Shown here: piece after piece, positions 61,351-64,000 of the stretch
Numbering within the stretch: the stretch's first letter is position 1
How the letters are laid out: every line of letters starts with the position of its first letter
Source of the DNA: Polyangiales bacterium
Lineage (GTDB): Bacteria > Myxococcota_A > Polyangia > Polyangiales > Polyangiaceae
NCBI GenBank assembly: GCA_038231275.1
Contig: JBBRLQ010000001.1
Coordinates: 128,001 to 192,000 of the forward strand
DNA: 64,000 nt
Direction: 5' to 3'
Position numbers and translations under genes: made by a program
Notes under the pieces: model-generated
Seen by the model: only the letters and a program-made list of their open reading frames with translations
Databases searched by the model: none
Told to the model about the DNA's origin: nothing

Positions 61351-62253
61351 ATGCGCATCGCGTTCTTCGGCCTCCCGCTCGCCGCCCTCCTCCTCGCCGC
61401 GGACGGCCACGAGATCGTGTACGCGGCGATCTGTCGCTCCGGATCGATCGGGACGCGGCGCTTACGGCGACGGCTCGGCGACGCGAACGTCTTCGTGAAA
61501 CCGAACGTCACCACCGAGGCGACGCTCGCGCGCATCGAGGCGGCGCGGCCCGAGCTCGTCGTAAGCTGGTTCTGGACGACGAAGCTTCCGATGCGAATCG
61601 TAGACGCCGCGCCGCTCGGTGGCTTCGGCGTACATCCGTCGCTCTTGCCGCGGCACCGCGGTCCCGATCCCTACTTCTGGGCGATCGACGGCGGCGACAC
61701 CGAGACCGGCGTGACCGCGCATCGCATCGCTGCGGACTACGACACCGGCGCGATGCTCGGTCACACGGTGCTGCCGATCGACCCGACGTGGAACGCGTGG
61801 ACGCTCGCGAAGAAGCTGGACCGACCGAGCCTCGCGCTCCTCCGCGCGACGGCGCGCGCGTTCGCGAGCGGTGCGCCGCCGCGCGAGGTGCCCCAAGACG
61901 AAGCCCGCTCGACCCGTGCGCCGGAGCCCGACGACGGAATGCTGGAGCTTCGTTGGACGTGGCCGACCGAGCGCATCGTGCGGCGCGTGCGCGCGGCAGG
62001 ACCGTGGCCGGGCGCGTTCACGGAGGTCGGCGACGAAGAGCTCGTCCTCGCTCGCGTGGAGCCGGTGTCGGAGTTCCCCCGCGCGCTCGCGGTCGGCGAG
62101 GCCGCGGCGGTCGACGGACGTGCCATCGTGCGCACGGCGGACGGCGCCGTCGCGCTGCTTCGCGGCCGGACCGGGGACGGCGTCGCCCTCGACGCGGCCG
62201 GCCTCGCGGCGCTCGTGGGCGCGAAGGCAAAAAAAGCCGCGAGCGGTCCTTAA
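61351..62253 (+). CDS. Formyltransferase family protein (Fmt/ArnA-N-like)
   Basis: HPSLLPRHRGPDP, ETGVTAH, DTG; C-terminal VRAAGPWPGA domain. Confidence 0.85.
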   Translation: MRIAFFGLPLAALLLAADGHEIVYAAICRSGSIGTRRLRRRLGDANVFVKPNVTTEATLARIEAARPELVVSWFWTTKLPMRIVDAAPLGGFGVHPSLLPRHRGPDPYFWAIDGGDTETGVTAHRIAADYDTGAMLGHTVLPIDPTWNAWTLAKKLDRPSLALLRATARAFASGAPPREVPQDEARSTRAPEPDDGMLELRWTWPTERIVRRVRAAGPWPGAFTEVGDEELVLARVEPVSEFPRALAVGEAAAVDGRAIVRTADGAVALLRGRTGDGVALDAAGLAALVGAKAKKAASGP

Positions 62254-62349
62254 GGCGCCGCCGCGTCTGCCGTATCGAGGAGGTCACCCGCGTCACGTGC
62301 GCGTCGTTTGCCCGTTCCGTACCAACCACTTCCGCTCTACCATCGCCCC

Positions 62350-63312
62350 ATGTCCGACCCGGTCTCGACCGCACGCACCGCGAGGGAACACCTCGCGCGC
62401 GGTCTCAACGCGCTTCAGTCCGACCCGAACGTGCCGCCCAAGCTCCTCGAGCTCGCGGCCCCGATCGCCCAGAGCATGGGGGCGCTCCACGCGATCGAAC
62501 GCTCGCAGGGGCGAGAGCTCTCGCCCCACGCGGACGTCGCGCTGAACAACGTGCGCCAAGCGCTCCAGTCGCTGCAGTCCTCCGGCCAGCAGCACCCGGT
62601 GGTCACGCAGGCGATGGAGGCGGTCGCGGCGTCGCTCGGCCTCGTGCACTCGCTGTCGAAGATGGCGCAGCAGGGCGGAGGCGCGCCGCAGCAGCGTCCG
62701 CCGCAACAGCAGCAGGCGCAGCAGGCGCAGCAGGTGCAACAGCAGATGCCGCCCCAGCAGATGCAGCCGCAGAACGCGTTCCCGCAGCCGGCGCAGCAGG
62801 CGCAACAGCAGATGCCGCCCCAGCAACAGCAGCGACCGCCCCAGCAACAGCAACAGCAGCAGCCGCCCGCGCAAGCCGTGGCGCAGGGCGGAATGCGGTC
62901 GGCCGATCCGTTCGCGCGTCCGGCGGGGCCGCAGCCTACGCCGAGCATTCCGGTCCCCGCGCCGCCGATGCAAGGCAACATGCCGGTCATCAGCGCGGAC
63001 CTCGGCGCGCACAGCTCCACGAATTTCTACAAGGGCCTCAGCGGCAACGACATCGTCGATCACGGCGGGCTCTTCGTGTCGACGTACATGATCCCGAAGA
63101 TCGGCACGCCGGTGCGGCTCAAGGTGGCGCTGCCGGGCGGATACGAGTTCGAGGCGAACGCGATCGTGAAGTGGTCGCGGGAGCAGGGGGGCGAAACGGC
63201 CGACGCGCCGCCGGGCTTCGGAGCACAGTTCACGGCGATCACGCCGGAGGCGCGGCAGCTCGTGTACCGCTACGTGCGCAACCGCGAGCCGCTCTTCCAC
63301 GACGATCTCTAG
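62350..63312 (+). CDS. Helical N-domain / Gln-Pro-rich linker / TIGR02266-like PilZ-type domain protein
   Basis: SSTNFYKG..GGLFVSTY..GTPV..VKW..PGFGAQF..YVRNREPLFHD. Confidence 0.75.
   Translation: MSDPVSTARTAREHLARGLNALQSDPNVPPKLLELAAPIAQSMGALHAIERSQGRELSPHADVALNNVRQALQSLQSSGQQHPVVTQAMEAVAASLGLVHSLSKMAQQGGGAPQQRPPQQQQAQQAQQVQQQMPPQQMQPQNAFPQPAQQAQQQMPPQQQQRPPQQQQQQQPPAQAVAQGGMRSADPFARPAGPQPTPSIPVPAPPMQGNMPVISADLGAHSSTNFYKGLSGNDIVDHGGLFVSTYMIPKIGTPVRLKVALPGGYEFEANAIVKWSREQGGETADAPPGFGAQFTAITPEARQLVYRYVRNREPLFHDDL
62725..62825 (+). repeat. Intragenic 35-bp direct repeat in poly-Gln linker
   Basis: GCGCAGCAGG(T/C)GCAACAGCAGATGCCGCCCCAGCA at 62725-62759 and 62791-62825. Confidence 0.8.
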
Positions 63313-63316
63313 TCAT

Positions 63317-63343
63317 CTCTTCGCCACCTCTTCGCCACCTCTT
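63317..63343. repeat. 11-bp tandem repeat (CTCTTCGCCAC x2.5), pyrimidine-rich intergenic
   Basis: Read directly from the sequence after the stop at 63312. Confidence 0.7.
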
Positions 63344-63436
63344 TCCCCCCCTAGCCACCTCTAGACCTTGAGTCGTCTCTACTCGCGTTTCTTCCCGCGC
63401 TGGAAGGCGCGCCCCGAGCTGACGCCGCGCGGTGAG

Positions 63437-64000
63437 GTGCGCGATCCCGGCGCGCGGATCGCGTGGCTCGGCACCGCGGGACACGTCATCGAGGCGGGCG
63501 ACACCACGCTGCTCGTCGATCCATTCGTCACGCGCCCGAACCTGCTTCGCACCGCGGTTGCGCGCCTCGTCCCGGACGAGAACGAGATCGCGCGCCGGAT
63601 CCCTTCGCGCGTCGACGCGGTCCTGTGCGGCCACAGCCACTACGATCACATGCTCGACGCGCCGCTCATCGCGCGGCGCACCGGCGCGATCCTCGTCGGC
63701 TCGCGGACGACCTGCGCCTTCGCGCGCGCGAGCGGCGTCGCCGAGTCCCAACTCCGCATCGTCCCGCCCACCGGCGCGACCGTCCGCATCAAAGACGCGG
63801 AGGTCCGGTTCGTTCGCAGCCGTCACGGGCGCATCCGCCCCGTCGGCGTCCCCTTCCCGGGAGAGGTCGAGTCGCCGCGACTGCCAGGACGCATCTTCCA
63901 CTACAAGATGGGCGGCGCGTTCGGGATCCTCATCCGCGCCGGCGGCGTCACGGTCTACCACAACGGCAGCGCCGATCTCGTCGACGCGGAGCTGGACGGC
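63437..64000 (+). CDS. MBL-fold metallo-hydrolase (UlaG-like), 3' truncated
   Basis: IAWLGTAG, LLVDPF, GHSHYDH; frame open to the window end. Confidence 0.85.
   Translation, partial: MRDPGARIAWLGTAGHVIEAGDTTLLVDPFVTRPNLLRTAVARLVPDENEIARRIPSRVDAVLCGHSHYDHMLDAPLIARRTGAILVGSRTTCAFARASGVAESQLRIVPPTGATVRIKDAEVRFVRSRHGRIRPVGVPFPGEVESPRLPGRIFHYKMGGAFGILIRAGGVTVYHNGSADLVDAELDG

Noticed and set aside
63313..63370. Pyrimidine-rich tandem repeat as a possible CRISPR remnant or ncRNA
   Set aside because: Only 2.5 copies of an 11-mer, with no spacers and no cas genes.

Overview
High-GC, densely coding window that looks like chromosomal backbone of a myxobacterium (Polyangiaceae/Labilithrix-like). This is inferred from the Cys-rich lipoproteins with DAG-rich linkers, multidomain Ser/Thr kinases, AgmX/PglI-type domains, TIGR02266-like PilZ and DUF4388-like/J-domain proteins. 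About 54 CDSs are supported. Housekeeping genes include ligA, hpt, rarA, yggS, rpoZ, rsmG, a class I Clp ATPase, ppk1 and a PPi-dependent phosphofructokinase. They are interspersed with signalling proteins, hydrolases and many uncharacterised lipoproteins. I saw no rRNA, tRNA, CRISPR array, transposase or prophage. The best leads are: (i) a kinase/degenerate-cyclase/STAND-type ATPase/TPR giant translationally coupled to a patatin phospholipase; (ii) a comEC-hpt-TPR overlapping operon; (iii) an unannotated 47-aa TatA-like ORF near a secreted ferritin-like lipoprotein; (iv) an AraC regulator with a 21-bp-period direct repeat upstream of two Cys-rich lipoproteins; (v) recurrent -10-like boxes just upstream of start codons, suggesting leaderless or short-leader transcription; (vi) a short repeat sitting on the stop codons of rarA and ppk1. 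All family calls come from motif recognition by eye, with no database searches, and novelty is unverified.
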